Assembly: GCA_964426415.1 (NCBI GenBank)
Contig: CAYRQM010000003.1
Coordinates: forward strand, 9,935 to 73,934
Length of the DNA stretch: 64,000 nucleotides
Direction of reading: 5' to 3'
Source of the DNA: an uncultured Christensenella sp.
Lineage (GTDB): Bacteria; Bacillota; Clostridia; Christensenellales; CAG-138
The position numbers and the translations under genes were made by a program. Positions 32,417 to 41,364 of this stretch are shown in pieces (within the stretch, counting starts at the first letter, position 1; each line of letters begins with the position of its first letter). The notes beneath the pieces were generated by a model that had not been told where the DNA came from, searched no databases, and saw nothing but the letters and a program-made list of their open reading frames with translations.

Positions 32417-33645
32417 CGCAGCGCCTCCACAATCTTTTCTGCCGCCAGCAGCGCGTGCTCATAGGTGAGCGCACCTTGCAGATAGCCCACATAGGGTGCG
32501 CGAATCGGCGCGTCGGCACTGAGCTCTGAGGTCGCGCCCTGTACAAATGCGCCTGCCGCCATGATGACCGGGTCGTCGTAGCCGGGCATTGCCCAAGGCT
32601 CGGGCGTTACAAAGCTATCGATCGGCGCCGCTGCCTGTACTGCCTTGCAAAAGGCAATCAGCTCTTCCTTGGTGTGAAACTCCACAGACTGTACAATGTC
32701 GCTCCGCGCATCCTGCACGGACGGCATTGTTTTGTATCCCAGCAAAGTGAACAGTGCCGAAAACAGCACCGCGCATTTGAGGCATTGGCTCACCGTATGC
32801 GGCGCCAAGAACAGCCCCTGATAGAACGGCCGATAGGAAGCGGCGTAGGAGCCGATCTCACGGCCGCAGCCGGGCACGGTTTGTCGATAGGACACCGCTT
32901 CGATCAGATCCTTTCTGCCCGCGATATACCCACCCGTGGGCGCCACGCCGCCGCCACAGTTTTTGATCAGGCTGCTTGCCATCAGATCCGCGCCGACCGC
33001 AACGGGTTCCTGCGCTTCGGTAAACTCGCCATAGCAGTTGTCCACAAAAAACAGCACATCGCTGCGCACCGCTTTGAGCGCGGCAATGCAGCGTCCGATC
33101 TCGTCGACGGAGATGGCGTTGCGCCATGCGTAGCCACGAGAACGCTGCAAATAGACCATCTTGATGCGCGGCGATTTTGTAAGCTGCTGCTTTGCGGCTT
33201 CGACGTCGATGGCGTCCTTTTGCAGCGGGATCGCCGTGAAGTGGATGCCGAAGCGGTGCAGCGCATTGGGCAAATCGCCCTCCATACCGACGGCGTTTAC
33301 CAACGTATCGTAGGGCGTTCCCGTGACGGAAAGCACCTCGTCCTGCGGCTCTAAAACGCCGCTCAACGCCAAATAGATGGCGTGGGTGCCATTGGCAATC
33401 TGCGGGCGCACCAAGGCGTCCTCGGCGCCTAAAGCGTCTGCAAACACGCGATCCAGCGTGTCGCGTCCGATGTCGTCGTAGCCGTAGCCCTCCGTGGGCG
33501 CAAAGTGCCGCGCCGACACGGCGTTCTTTTGGAATGCGTTCAAGACGCGGCGCTGACACAGCAGCGCGTTCTGTTGGATTTTTTGAAATGCGTCCGACGC
33601 CAGCGCTTCCGCTTGGCGCAGGATGGCTTGATTGGATTCGTTCAT
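32410..33645 (-). CDS. Met gamma-lyase-family PLP enzyme (YnbB / aluminium-resistance-protein family)
   Basis: Start trimmed to ATG 33645 (AAAAGGAG SD, ATGA overlap with miaA). N-terminal region ...HFAPTEGYGYDDIGRDTLD is typical of this family. Confidence 0.75.
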   Translation of the reverse strand: MNESNQAILRQAEALASDAFQKIQQNALLCQRRVLNAFQKNAVSARHFAPTEGYGYDDIGRDTLDRVFADALGAEDALVRPQIANGTHAIYLALSGVLEPQDEVLSVTGTPYDTLVNAVGMEGDLPNALHRFGIHFTAIPLQKDAIDVEAAKQQLTKSPRIKMVYLQRSRGYAWRNAISVDEIGRCIAALKAVRSDVLFFVDNCYGEFTEAQEPVAVGADLMASSLIKNCGGGVAPTGGYIAGRKDLIEAVSYRQTVPGCGREIGSYAASYRPFYQGLFLAPHTVSQCLKCAVLFSALFTLLGYKTMPSVQDARSDIVQSVEFHTKEELIAFCKAVQAAAPIDSFVTPEPWAMPGYDDPVIMAAGAFVQGATSELSADAPIRAPYVGYLQGALTYEHALLAAEKIVEALRQ

Positions 33646-34592
33646 GATAACTCCTTTTGTATGACGTCCAACACGGCATCTTCGAGCGCGTTCAAATCGG
33701 GATATGCGTCCACCGAAAACCACTGCGTGTTGGGGTTGCGGCGAAACCACGTCAGCTGCCGCTTGGCAAAATGGCGCGTCGCCAGTTTGATTGCCTGCTT
33801 CGCCGCATCAAGCGTTACGCGCCCGACATAGGCGTCGTAAAGCTGTGCGTAGCCGATGGATTGCAGCGCGGGCAATTCGGGCGTTAAGCCCTGATCAAAG
33901 AGCCCGTATGCTTCCGCCACAAGCCCGTTTTGAACCATCGCATCGACCCGCTCATCGATGCGCGCATACAACGTTTGCCGATTCATCGTGAGCCCGATGC
34001 GCAAAACGTGAACCCGTTGGGTTTCCTCCTGCACCGCTTGAAAGCGGCGGTTCAGCGCGGAAATGGGCTGCCCCGTGATGCGATAGACCTCTAACGCACG
34101 CACAACGCGCTTTGCGTCATTTGGATGCAGCCGCGACGCCGTTTCCGCATCGACCTTCTGCAGCGACAAAAACACGGCGTTCTTGTCCGCTTCGTAATCT
34201 GATTCGATGGCGGTGCGTATCGCCGCGTCAGAGGGCGCGCAGAACGTCATATCGGCAAAGATTGCGTCGCAGTACATGCCGCTGCCGCCCACCACGATGG
34301 GCAGACGGCGTCTTGAGAGAACGTCGTCCAGCGCAGCGTTTGCAAGCGTTTTAAACTGCGCCACCGAAAACGACGTGTCCGTCACATCCGCGCAGTCCAA
34401 AAGATGATGCGGCACGCCCTGTCGCTCCGCCAAGGTGGGCTTTGCCGAGCCGACGTCCAGCCCGCGATAGACGGCGACGGAGTCCGCCGAAAGGATTTCG
34501 CCGTCCAATCGCTTTGCAAGCTGTACGGAAAGCGCGGTTTTGTGGCACGCGGTGGGCCCCACCACGCAAACCACAAGCGGCAAACGGCTCAT
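33642..34592 (-). CDS. miaA: tRNA dimethylallyltransferase
   Basis: 316 aa. P-loop GPTACHKT, then SADSVAVYRGLDVGSAKP. Confidence 0.92.
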   Translation of the reverse strand: MSRLPLVVCVVGPTACHKTALSVQLAKRLDGEILSADSVAVYRGLDVGSAKPTLAERQGVPHHLLDCADVTDTSFSVAQFKTLANAALDDVLSRRRLPIVVGGSGMYCDAIFADMTFCAPSDAAIRTAIESDYEADKNAVFLSLQKVDAETASRLHPNDAKRVVRALEVYRITGQPISALNRRFQAVQEETQRVHVLRIGLTMNRQTLYARIDERVDAMVQNGLVAEAYGLFDQGLTPELPALQSIGYAQLYDAYVGRVTLDAAKQAIKLATRHFAKRQLTWFRRNPNTQWFSVDAYPDLNALEDAVLDVIQKELS

Positions 34593-36415
34593 ACGATCCT
34601 CCGAAACATTTTCTCAAGCTCCGTCTTGGTGATGCGCACCAGCACGGGCCGTCCGTGCGGACACGTCAACGGCAGCTCGCCGTTCAAAAATGCGGCAAGC
34701 AGCGCTTGGATTTCGGCTTCCGAAACACGCTCGCCCGCCTTGATTGCGTGCTTGCACGCACATTGCATCATGCGGCTCTTGGTGAGCGCTTCCTTTGGGT
34801 TGGCGTTTGGCACCTGCAAAATGTCCAGCACGGCGTGCAGATAGGATTCTTGCAGCATGACCCCGTTCAAAACGGGAACGGCGTTTAGCTCGACGCGCAA
34901 AGCGTCCGCAAGGCGAATGGAAAAGCCCAGCGCGGCAATATCTTTATCGTTTGCCTGAAGGCAAGCCAGCTCGGAGGGTGTCAGCGTCACCGTAAGCGGC
35001 AGCAGCAGCGACTGTGCGCCGATGCTGATTTCGCGGGCGGAAAGCTGTTGATACAGCTTGCGCTCGTGGGCGGCGTGCTGATCGACCAAGAACAGGTCGT
35101 CGCCGCGGGTGACGAGCCAGTATGCCGAAAATGCGCAGCCGACGATTTGGATGGGGACGTCGGACACAAGCGGCACAGAGACGGGCGTTTGCAGCTTCGC
35201 GCTTGGCGGCGTCTGCACCGAAAACGTGGGCACCTCCCCCACCCTGCCCGTGGAAACGAACGACGACAGCGTGCCGCTCGCTTCGTGCATGGCGTAGGTT
35301 TGGCGTGCGGACGGCGGCGCGTCGAAGGGTCGCTTTGGCGCAAAGGCTGCGGCGTCCGAATGCATAGTGGTGGGCGGTTCGATTTGGCGCGGCGTGATCG
35401 TTTGCAGCGCGTCTTCCACATGCCCCTGCGTTGCCGTCAAAGCCAATTTGCACGCCGCCAGCACCGAAGTGAACACGCGATTGTCCTCTGCAAAGCGGAC
35501 TTCGGTTTTGGCGGGATGGACGTTCACGTCCACTTCACGCGGCGAAATGGTCAAATTCAGCACGAAGAACGGGAATCGACCAACCAGCAGCCGCGTATCA
35601 TACGCCTGTTGTACGGCGGCGGAAAGAGCGGCGGAACGAATGGAGCGCCCGTTGACGAACAGCGTTTGGTATGCACGCGTGTTTTTGGACAGCTCCGGCA
35701 GCCCCAAGTACCCCGTGACGCGCAGATAGCCGTTGTCGTAGGAGACGGGAATGACCTGCTCGCCCACGGACTTGCCGTAGACGCAAAACAACGTGTTGAA
35801 AAGATCGCCGTCGCCATAGGTTTCGTAGACCGTGCGGTCGTCGTTGGTGTAGCGAAACGACACGTCGGGACGCGCCAAGATCATCTTTGCCAGATAGTCG
35901 CCGATGTACCCCGCTTCCGTGCGGGTCGATTTGAGGAATTTGAGCCGTGCGGGCACGGCGGCAAACAGCGCCTCCACCAAAAATGTGGTGCCGTACACGC
36001 AGGCGGCTTCTTCTTCGGAGAGGACGACGCCGTTTTCCAACACCAGTTTGTCGCCGACCTCGGCGTCCTTCGGTCGTGTCGTCATGGTCACGCGGGATAC
36101 GGCGGCAATGGACGCCAACGCTTCGCCGCGAAAGCCCAGCGTCGTGATGCGTTCCAAATCCTCTGCGGCGGAAATCTTGCTGGTGGCGTGGCGCAAAAAG
36201 GCATTTTTGCACTCCTCGCGTGGAATGCCGCAGCCGTTGTCGGTCACCGAAAGGCTTTGCATCCCGCCGCCGCGCACCGCGACGGTGATTGCCGTTGCGC
36301 CTGCGTCCAACGCGTTTTCGACCAACTCCTTCACCACGGACGCGGGGCGTTCGACCACCTCGCCCGCGGCAATCATGTTGGCGATATGCGGTTTCAGAAC
36401 AACAATGCGGCTCAT
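34589..36415 (-). CDS. mutL: DNA mismatch repair protein MutL
   Basis: 608 aa. GHKL ATPase motifs IAAGEVVERPASVVKELVENALDAG and DNGCGI. C-terminal dimerisation domain. Confidence 0.95.
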   Translation of the reverse strand: MSRIVVLKPHIANMIAAGEVVERPASVVKELVENALDAGATAITVAVRGGGMQSLSVTDNGCGIPREECKNAFLRHATSKISAAEDLERITTLGFRGEALASIAAVSRVTMTTRPKDAEVGDKLVLENGVVLSEEEAACVYGTTFLVEALFAAVPARLKFLKSTRTEAGYIGDYLAKMILARPDVSFRYTNDDRTVYETYGDGDLFNTLFCVYGKSVGEQVIPVSYDNGYLRVTGYLGLPELSKNTRAYQTLFVNGRSIRSAALSAAVQQAYDTRLLVGRFPFFVLNLTISPREVDVNVHPAKTEVRFAEDNRVFTSVLAACKLALTATQGHVEDALQTITPRQIEPPTTMHSDAAAFAPKRPFDAPPSARQTYAMHEASGTLSSFVSTGRVGEVPTFSVQTPPSAKLQTPVSVPLVSDVPIQIVGCAFSAYWLVTRGDDLFLVDQHAAHERKLYQQLSAREISIGAQSLLLPLTVTLTPSELACLQANDKDIAALGFSIRLADALRVELNAVPVLNGVMLQESYLHAVLDILQVPNANPKEALTKSRMMQCACKHAIKAGERVSEAEIQALLAAFLNGELPLTCPHGRPVLVRITKTELEKMFRRIV

Positions 36416-39012
36416 TTTTCGGCTCCCAATGCGTCAAGATAGGAATGGAGCTTTAGAAAAGCGTCCATCGGCGTCATTTCGTTCAGATTCAGTTTGTTGA
36501 GGTCGTTCAGGATGGACGTTTCCACCACCGATTGCGACGTTTGCGGCTTGCTTTGTTGTCGATCGGCGCCCTGCACCAACAGGTCGGACTGCTCAATTTC
36601 GGAAAGAATCTCTTTGGCGCGGCGGATGACCGTCTCGGGTAGGCCCGCCAGCTTCGCCACTTGAATGCCAAAGCTCTTGTCGGCACTGCCGCGCACGATT
36701 TTGCGCAAAAACAGGATGTCGTCGCCAATCTCTTTGACCTGAATGCGATAGTTGATGACCCCGTCCAGCTTACCTTCCAGCTCGGATAGCTCGTGATAGT
36801 GCGTGGCAAACAGCGTTTTCGCGCCGCACAAGATTGGGTCTGCAATGTGCTCCAACACCGACCACGCGATGCTCAGCCCGTCATAGGTGCTGGTGCCGCG
36901 TCCGATCTCGTCCAAAATGAGCAGGCTTTTCTTGGTGGCGTTGTGGATGATATTCGCCATTTCGCTCATTTCCACCATGAACGTACTTTGCCCCGAAGCC
37001 AAGTCGTCGCTCGCGCCGATGCGGGTGAAAATGCGATCGACGACGCCAATCTGCGCCGCGTCGGCAGGCACGAACGAACCGAGATGCGCCATCAGCGTAA
37101 TCAACGCCACCTGCCGCATGTAGGTGGATTTGCCCGCCATGTTCGGCCCCGTCACGATGAGCAACCGATTCGCTTCGGTGTCCAACAGCACATCGTTTGG
37201 AATGAAACCGTCCTTTTGCGCGCGTTCCACAATGGGATGCCGTCCGTTTTCGATGCGGATGATCGGCTCGTTCACAATTTCGGGCTTGACATAGCGGTTG
37301 GAAACGGCAACCTCGGCAAGCGATTGCAACACGTCCAACGTGGCAAGCAGCCGCGCATCCTCCTGCAGCCGTTCCGTGCAGGCAAGCAGCGCTTCTTTGA
37401 GATCGCCAAACAGCTGCGTTTCCAATTCGTACAGACGGTCGGCGGCGCCGACAATCTTTTGTTCCAATTCTTTGAGCTCGGGCGTGCAGTATCGCTCGGC
37501 GTTTGCCAAGGTTTGCCTGCGCTCGTAGTAATACGGCACGTTTGCAACGAAGGATTTGGATACCTCGATGTAGTAGCCAAAGACACGGTTGTAGCCGATG
37601 CGCAGCGTCTTGATGCCCGTCGCTTCGCGTTCCCGCGTGACGATGTTGTCCAGCCAATCCTTACTGTCGGAGGAAATGGCGCGCAGCTCGTCCACCTCGG
37701 CATTGTAGCCCTTGCGAATCAAGCCGCCGTCCTTGACGTTGATGGGCGGATTCGGGTCAACAACCGTTTCCATGAGCCCCACCACGTCGTCCATCGGGTC
37801 GAGCGTGCGGGAAATTTGGTCGATGAGCGCGGCAGGAATCCCAAACAGCAGCATGGTGATAGGCGTGATCTGACGGAGCGAATTGGACAGCGCAATGCAG
37901 TCGCGCCCGCCGATGGTGCCATACGCAATCTTGCTGGTCAAGCGCTCGACGTCATAGATGGCGTCCAAAAATTCGCGCAGAGAGCGGCGCGTGCGCAGAT
38001 CGGCATAGAAGGCGTCGACCGCTGCAAGCCGCGCTTCGATGTCGTCCTTGCTTTGCAGCGGGCAATCGACCCAGTTGCGCAGCATCCGTGCGCCCATGCT
38101 CGTTTTCGTCGCGTCCAAAAGATGCAGAAGCGTGCTCTTTTTGCTGCCGCCAAAGCGCAGCGGCTGCGTCAGCTCCAAATTGCGCCGCGTGGAACCGTCC
38201 AGCTGCAGATACGACGAACGGTTTAAGAATCGAATCGCGTGAATGTGCGACAGCCCGTTCTTTTGCGTGTCTTCTAAATATTGCAACAGCGCGCCTGCCG
38301 CACCGACGGCAAGCTGCTTGCCATCCAGCCCATATCCATTCAGCGACGCGACGCCAAAGTGGCGCATCAACCGCGTCTTTGCCTGTTCGGGCTGAAAGCG
38401 GACGTTGGGCATTTTTTCGATGTATGCCACGGATTGTAAACGCTTTTTGAGGTAATCCTGCTCGAATACCGATTCGTTGACGACGATTTCGGTGGGCGCC
38501 AATCGCGTCAGCTCGTCCAAAAGGTCGGCGGTGGCGTTCGCGCCGTACAGCTCGCAGGTGCAAAAAGCGCCCGTGGAAACGTCCGCATAGGCATAGCCGA
38601 TGCCGTTTGCCGTATAGTTCACGGCGAAGATGTAGTTGTTTGTGGCGCCGTCCAGCATCTTTTCTTCGATGATGGTGCCGGGCGTGATGACGCGGGTGAC
38701 GGAACGGGTGACCAGCCCCTTTGCCAAAGCAGGGTCTTCCATTTGTTCGCAGATGGCGACCTTGTGCCCCGCTTGAATCATTTTGTTGATGTAGGTATCG
38801 ACGGAATGATAGGGTACGCCGCACATGGGGGCGCGTTCTGGCTGCCCGCAGTCGCGCCCGGTCAGGGTCAGCTCCAAGATTTTGGCGCCTTCCACCGCGT
38901 CCTCAAAAAACAGTTCGTAAAAGTCGCCCAAGCGGTAGAACAGGAAGCAGTCGGGATATTGCGTCTTGACTTCCATGTACTGCCGCATCATCGGCGTCAG
39001 GTCGTTGGTCAT
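36412..39012 (-). CDS. mutS: DNA mismatch repair protein MutS
   Basis: 866 aa. N-terminus TPMMRQY...FYRLGDFYELF, Walker A GPNMAGKST, DEIGRGTS. Confidence 0.95.
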   Translation of the reverse strand: MTNDLTPMMRQYMEVKTQYPDCFLFYRLGDFYELFFEDAVEGAKILELTLTGRDCGQPERAPMCGVPYHSVDTYINKMIQAGHKVAICEQMEDPALAKGLVTRSVTRVITPGTIIEEKMLDGATNNYIFAVNYTANGIGYAYADVSTGAFCTCELYGANATADLLDELTRLAPTEIVVNESVFEQDYLKKRLQSVAYIEKMPNVRFQPEQAKTRLMRHFGVASLNGYGLDGKQLAVGAAGALLQYLEDTQKNGLSHIHAIRFLNRSSYLQLDGSTRRNLELTQPLRFGGSKKSTLLHLLDATKTSMGARMLRNWVDCPLQSKDDIEARLAAVDAFYADLRTRRSLREFLDAIYDVERLTSKIAYGTIGGRDCIALSNSLRQITPITMLLFGIPAALIDQISRTLDPMDDVVGLMETVVDPNPPINVKDGGLIRKGYNAEVDELRAISSDSKDWLDNIVTREREATGIKTLRIGYNRVFGYYIEVSKSFVANVPYYYERRQTLANAERYCTPELKELEQKIVGAADRLYELETQLFGDLKEALLACTERLQEDARLLATLDVLQSLAEVAVSNRYVKPEIVNEPIIRIENGRHPIVERAQKDGFIPNDVLLDTEANRLLIVTGPNMAGKSTYMRQVALITLMAHLGSFVPADAAQIGVVDRIFTRIGASDDLASGQSTFMVEMSEMANIIHNATKKSLLILDEIGRGTSTYDGLSIAWSVLEHIADPILCGAKTLFATHYHELSELEGKLDGVINYRIQVKEIGDDILFLRKIVRGSADKSFGIQVAKLAGLPETVIRRAKEILSEIEQSDLLVQGADRQQSKPQTSQSVVETSILNDLNKLNLNEMTPMDAFLKLHSYLDALGAEK

Positions 39013-39338
39013 ACGTTCTCCCTATGTTCGCAGTCGGAATGGCAGGTGCTGCAGTTGCAGTCGCACGGCATGGTCATAACGGCGCGCTCCAAAAGCGCTT
39101 TTTCCATGGATTCCTTCGCGTCGAAGTATTGCTGATACAGCGCATTTTTGGAAATGCAGCCGGAGAGATATTCGACGTCGTTGGTGAGCCGAATCGCCTC
39201 GGCGGCGTCGTATGCCTCGTCTTGCAGCAGCGTGACCAGCGCCTGCGACTTTTCGTGATATTCGTCAATGATTTTCATGAGCGCCGCATCCTTGCGGACT
39301 TGTTCGGACAGCTCCAGATAGCGTTTCAGTTCATCCAT
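39009..39338 (-). CDS. YlbF/YmcA-family protein with C-terminal Cys/His cluster
   Basis: 109 aa helical protein in the position of B. subtilis ymcA (between miaB/ymcB and mutS). Tail MPCDCNCSTCHSDCEHRENV. Confidence 0.6.
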   Translation of the reverse strand: MDELKRYLELSEQVRKDAALMKIIDEYHEKSQALVTLLQDEAYDAAEAIRLTNDVEYLSGCISKNALYQQYFDAKESMEKALLERAVMTMPCDCNCSTCHSDCEHRENV

Positions 39339-40743
39339 GGATCATTTCCCCCAACAGTGAATTCTTTTCGATGCGATCGACCCGCACCGTGACATAGTGA
39401 TCAAACAGCACAGGCGAGCCCGCAAAGTAGACCATTTTGAAATTGTTGTACTTGCCAAAGAGCATCGTGGTTTCGCCGCGCGCGTCGCAGCCCTCGACCA
39501 GCACTTCGCCGACGTGCCCCAAATACTTGCGGTTGTTCTCCCCCGTCTTTTTCGCCTGCAGCGCGTTCAGCGTTTGCAGCCGTTGCTTTTTGACCGATTC
39601 GGGCACTTGATCGGGCATGGAAGCAGCGACGGTGCCGACACGGGGCGAATAGGCAAAGGTGAAGGCGGCGGCAAACCCCACTTCGTCAATGAGCGAAAGC
39701 GTTTCTTGGTATTCGGCGTCCGTCTCGCCCGGAAAGCCTACGATCACATCGGTGGTGAATTCGATGTCGGGCACCAATGCGCGAAGCCGTTCGATGATGG
39801 TAAGATACGACGCGCGCGTGTATTTGCGGTTCATGCGTTTGAGCACCGCGTCACTGCCCGACTGCACGGGCAAATGCACATGGTGGCAAACGTGATTGCA
39901 TTCTGCGATGGCTTGCATGACGTCCTCGGTCAAATCCTTGGGATGTGAGGACATAAAGCGCAAACGCTTCAGCCCTGCGACGTCGTTGAGCTGTCGCAGC
40001 AGCGTCGCAAACGAAATGCCGTCTGGAATATCGTTTCCGTACGAGTTGACGTTTTGCCCAAGCAGGGTGATTTCCGAAACGCCCGCGGCGCAAAGCGCGG
40101 TCATTTCGGCGCGAATGTCCTCGGGACGGCGGCTGCGCTCACGTCCGCGCACATAGGGCACGATGCAGTAGGAGCAGAAGTTGTTGCAGCCGTACATGAT
40201 ATTGACAAAAGCGGAACGCGGATTGTCGCGCAGCATCGGCAATCCTTCCGCAATGGCGAAGTCGGATTCGTCGGTGACGGCAAGGCGTTCGCCGTTGCGC
40301 ACCTTGGAAAACAGCTCAGGCAGCCGATACAGCACATGGGTGCCAAAGATGAGATTGACGTGCGGGAACCGACGCAAAAGCTTTTTTGCCATGCCGTCCT
40401 GCTGCATCATGCAGCCGCAAATGCCGATAATCAGCCCCGGATTGGCTTGCTTTTGATCTTTGAGCGCGCCGATATTGCCCATGAGCCGCTTTTCGGCATG
40501 GTCGCGCACGCAGCAGGTGTTGTACAAAATGACGTTGGCAGATTCCTTGCAGTCGGCTTCCAAATAGCCAATCTCGCTTAAGACGCCCTTGATGGTTTCG
40601 CTGTCGCGGACGTTCATTTGGCAGCCAAACGTTTCGACAAAAAAAGTTTGGTGCAGCGGTGCAAGCTCGGCACAAAGTGATTCTGCAATGGATTTCTGAC
40701 GCTGTAATTCGGATGCGGGGACAAAAACACGTTCTGACATCAT
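39331..40743 (-). CDS. miaB: tRNA-2-methylthio-N6-dimethylallyladenosine synthase
   Basis: 470 aa. N-terminal UPF0004 Cys triad, radical SAM CNNFCSYCIVP, C-terminal TRAM domain. Confidence 0.93.
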   Translation of the reverse strand: MMSERVFVPASELQRQKSIAESLCAELAPLHQTFFVETFGCQMNVRDSETIKGVLSEIGYLEADCKESANVILYNTCCVRDHAEKRLMGNIGALKDQKQANPGLIIGICGCMMQQDGMAKKLLRRFPHVNLIFGTHVLYRLPELFSKVRNGERLAVTDESDFAIAEGLPMLRDNPRSAFVNIMYGCNNFCSYCIVPYVRGRERSRRPEDIRAEMTALCAAGVSEITLLGQNVNSYGNDIPDGISFATLLRQLNDVAGLKRLRFMSSHPKDLTEDVMQAIAECNHVCHHVHLPVQSGSDAVLKRMNRKYTRASYLTIIERLRALVPDIEFTTDVIVGFPGETDAEYQETLSLIDEVGFAAAFTFAYSPRVGTVAASMPDQVPESVKKQRLQTLNALQAKKTGENNRKYLGHVGEVLVEGCDARGETTMLFGKYNNFKMVYFAGSPVLFDHYVTVRVDRIEKNSLLGEMIHG

Positions 40744-40888
40744 ACGACTCCTATTTTGTTCTTTTCATTTTACATCAAAACGTTGGTTCTCACAAGTCCT
40801 ACTTTTGCAAGTTGCAAAATTTGGCGGTTATAGTTTTTTTCAAACTGCAGAAATTAAGAGCATCACAAAAACAAAGGAGGTGAAACAC

Positions 40889-41080
40889 ATGGCACGTAAC
40901 GGCGCATTGGTTCCCGAATCCAAGAGCAAGCTGCAGTCGTTCAAGAGCGAAGTCGCTTCTTCCCTCAACATCGACCTGAAGCAGGGCTACAACGGCGATC
41001 TGACCTCTCGTGAGGCAGGCAGCATCGGTGGCGAAATGGTGAAGCGCATGATCGCGTATGCGGAGAAAAACCTTCACTAA
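40889..41080 (+). CDS. Alpha/beta-type small acid-soluble spore protein
   Basis: Start at ATG 40889 after AAAGGAGG. 63 aa. KLQSFKSEVASSLNI...SREAGSIGGEMVKRMI hallmark. Confidence 0.9.
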   Translation: MARNGALVPESKSKLQSFKSEVASSLNIDLKQGYNGDLTSREAGSIGGEMVKRMIAYAEKNLH

Positions 41081-41102
41081 TCATTGAAAGGAGAACTCTA
41101 CG

Positions 41103-41315
41103 ATGGCAAGAAACGGAGCTTTGATCCCCGAAAGCAAGCAAGCCTTGCAAAGCTTCAAAAGTGAAGTAGCGAATTCGTTGAATATCGACCTCAAGCAGGG
41201 CTATAATGGCGACCTTACCTCCCGCGAAGCCGGTTCGATTGGCGGCGAGATGGTCAAGCGTATGATCGCATATGCACAAAATAACATGGTTGATTCCAAG
41301 TCCATGATGAGATAA
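41103..41315 (+). CDS. Alpha/beta-type small acid-soluble spore protein (second copy)
   Basis: 70 aa paralogue of the preceding gene, with the same SREAGSIGGEMVKRMI motif. Confidence 0.9.
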   Translation: MARNGALIPESKQALQSFKSEVANSLNIDLKQGYNGDLTSREAGSIGGEMVKRMIAYAQNNMVDSKSMMR

Positions 41316-41336
41316 AGGATCGATCGATTCCATGCG

Positions 41337-41364
41337 AAAATCGCCGCCTCGTGCGGCGATTTTT
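41337..41364. terminator. Bidirectional terminator (SASP operon / recG)
   Basis: AAAATCGCCGC-ctcgt-GCGGCGATTTTT. The A-run and T-run flank the stem. Confidence 0.7.

Noticed and set aside
40744-40888. A sigma-G type forespore promoter upstream of the SASP genes.
   Set aside because: One is expected biologically, but I could not place convincing GNATR-17/18-CATNNTA elements in this AT-rich spacer by eye.
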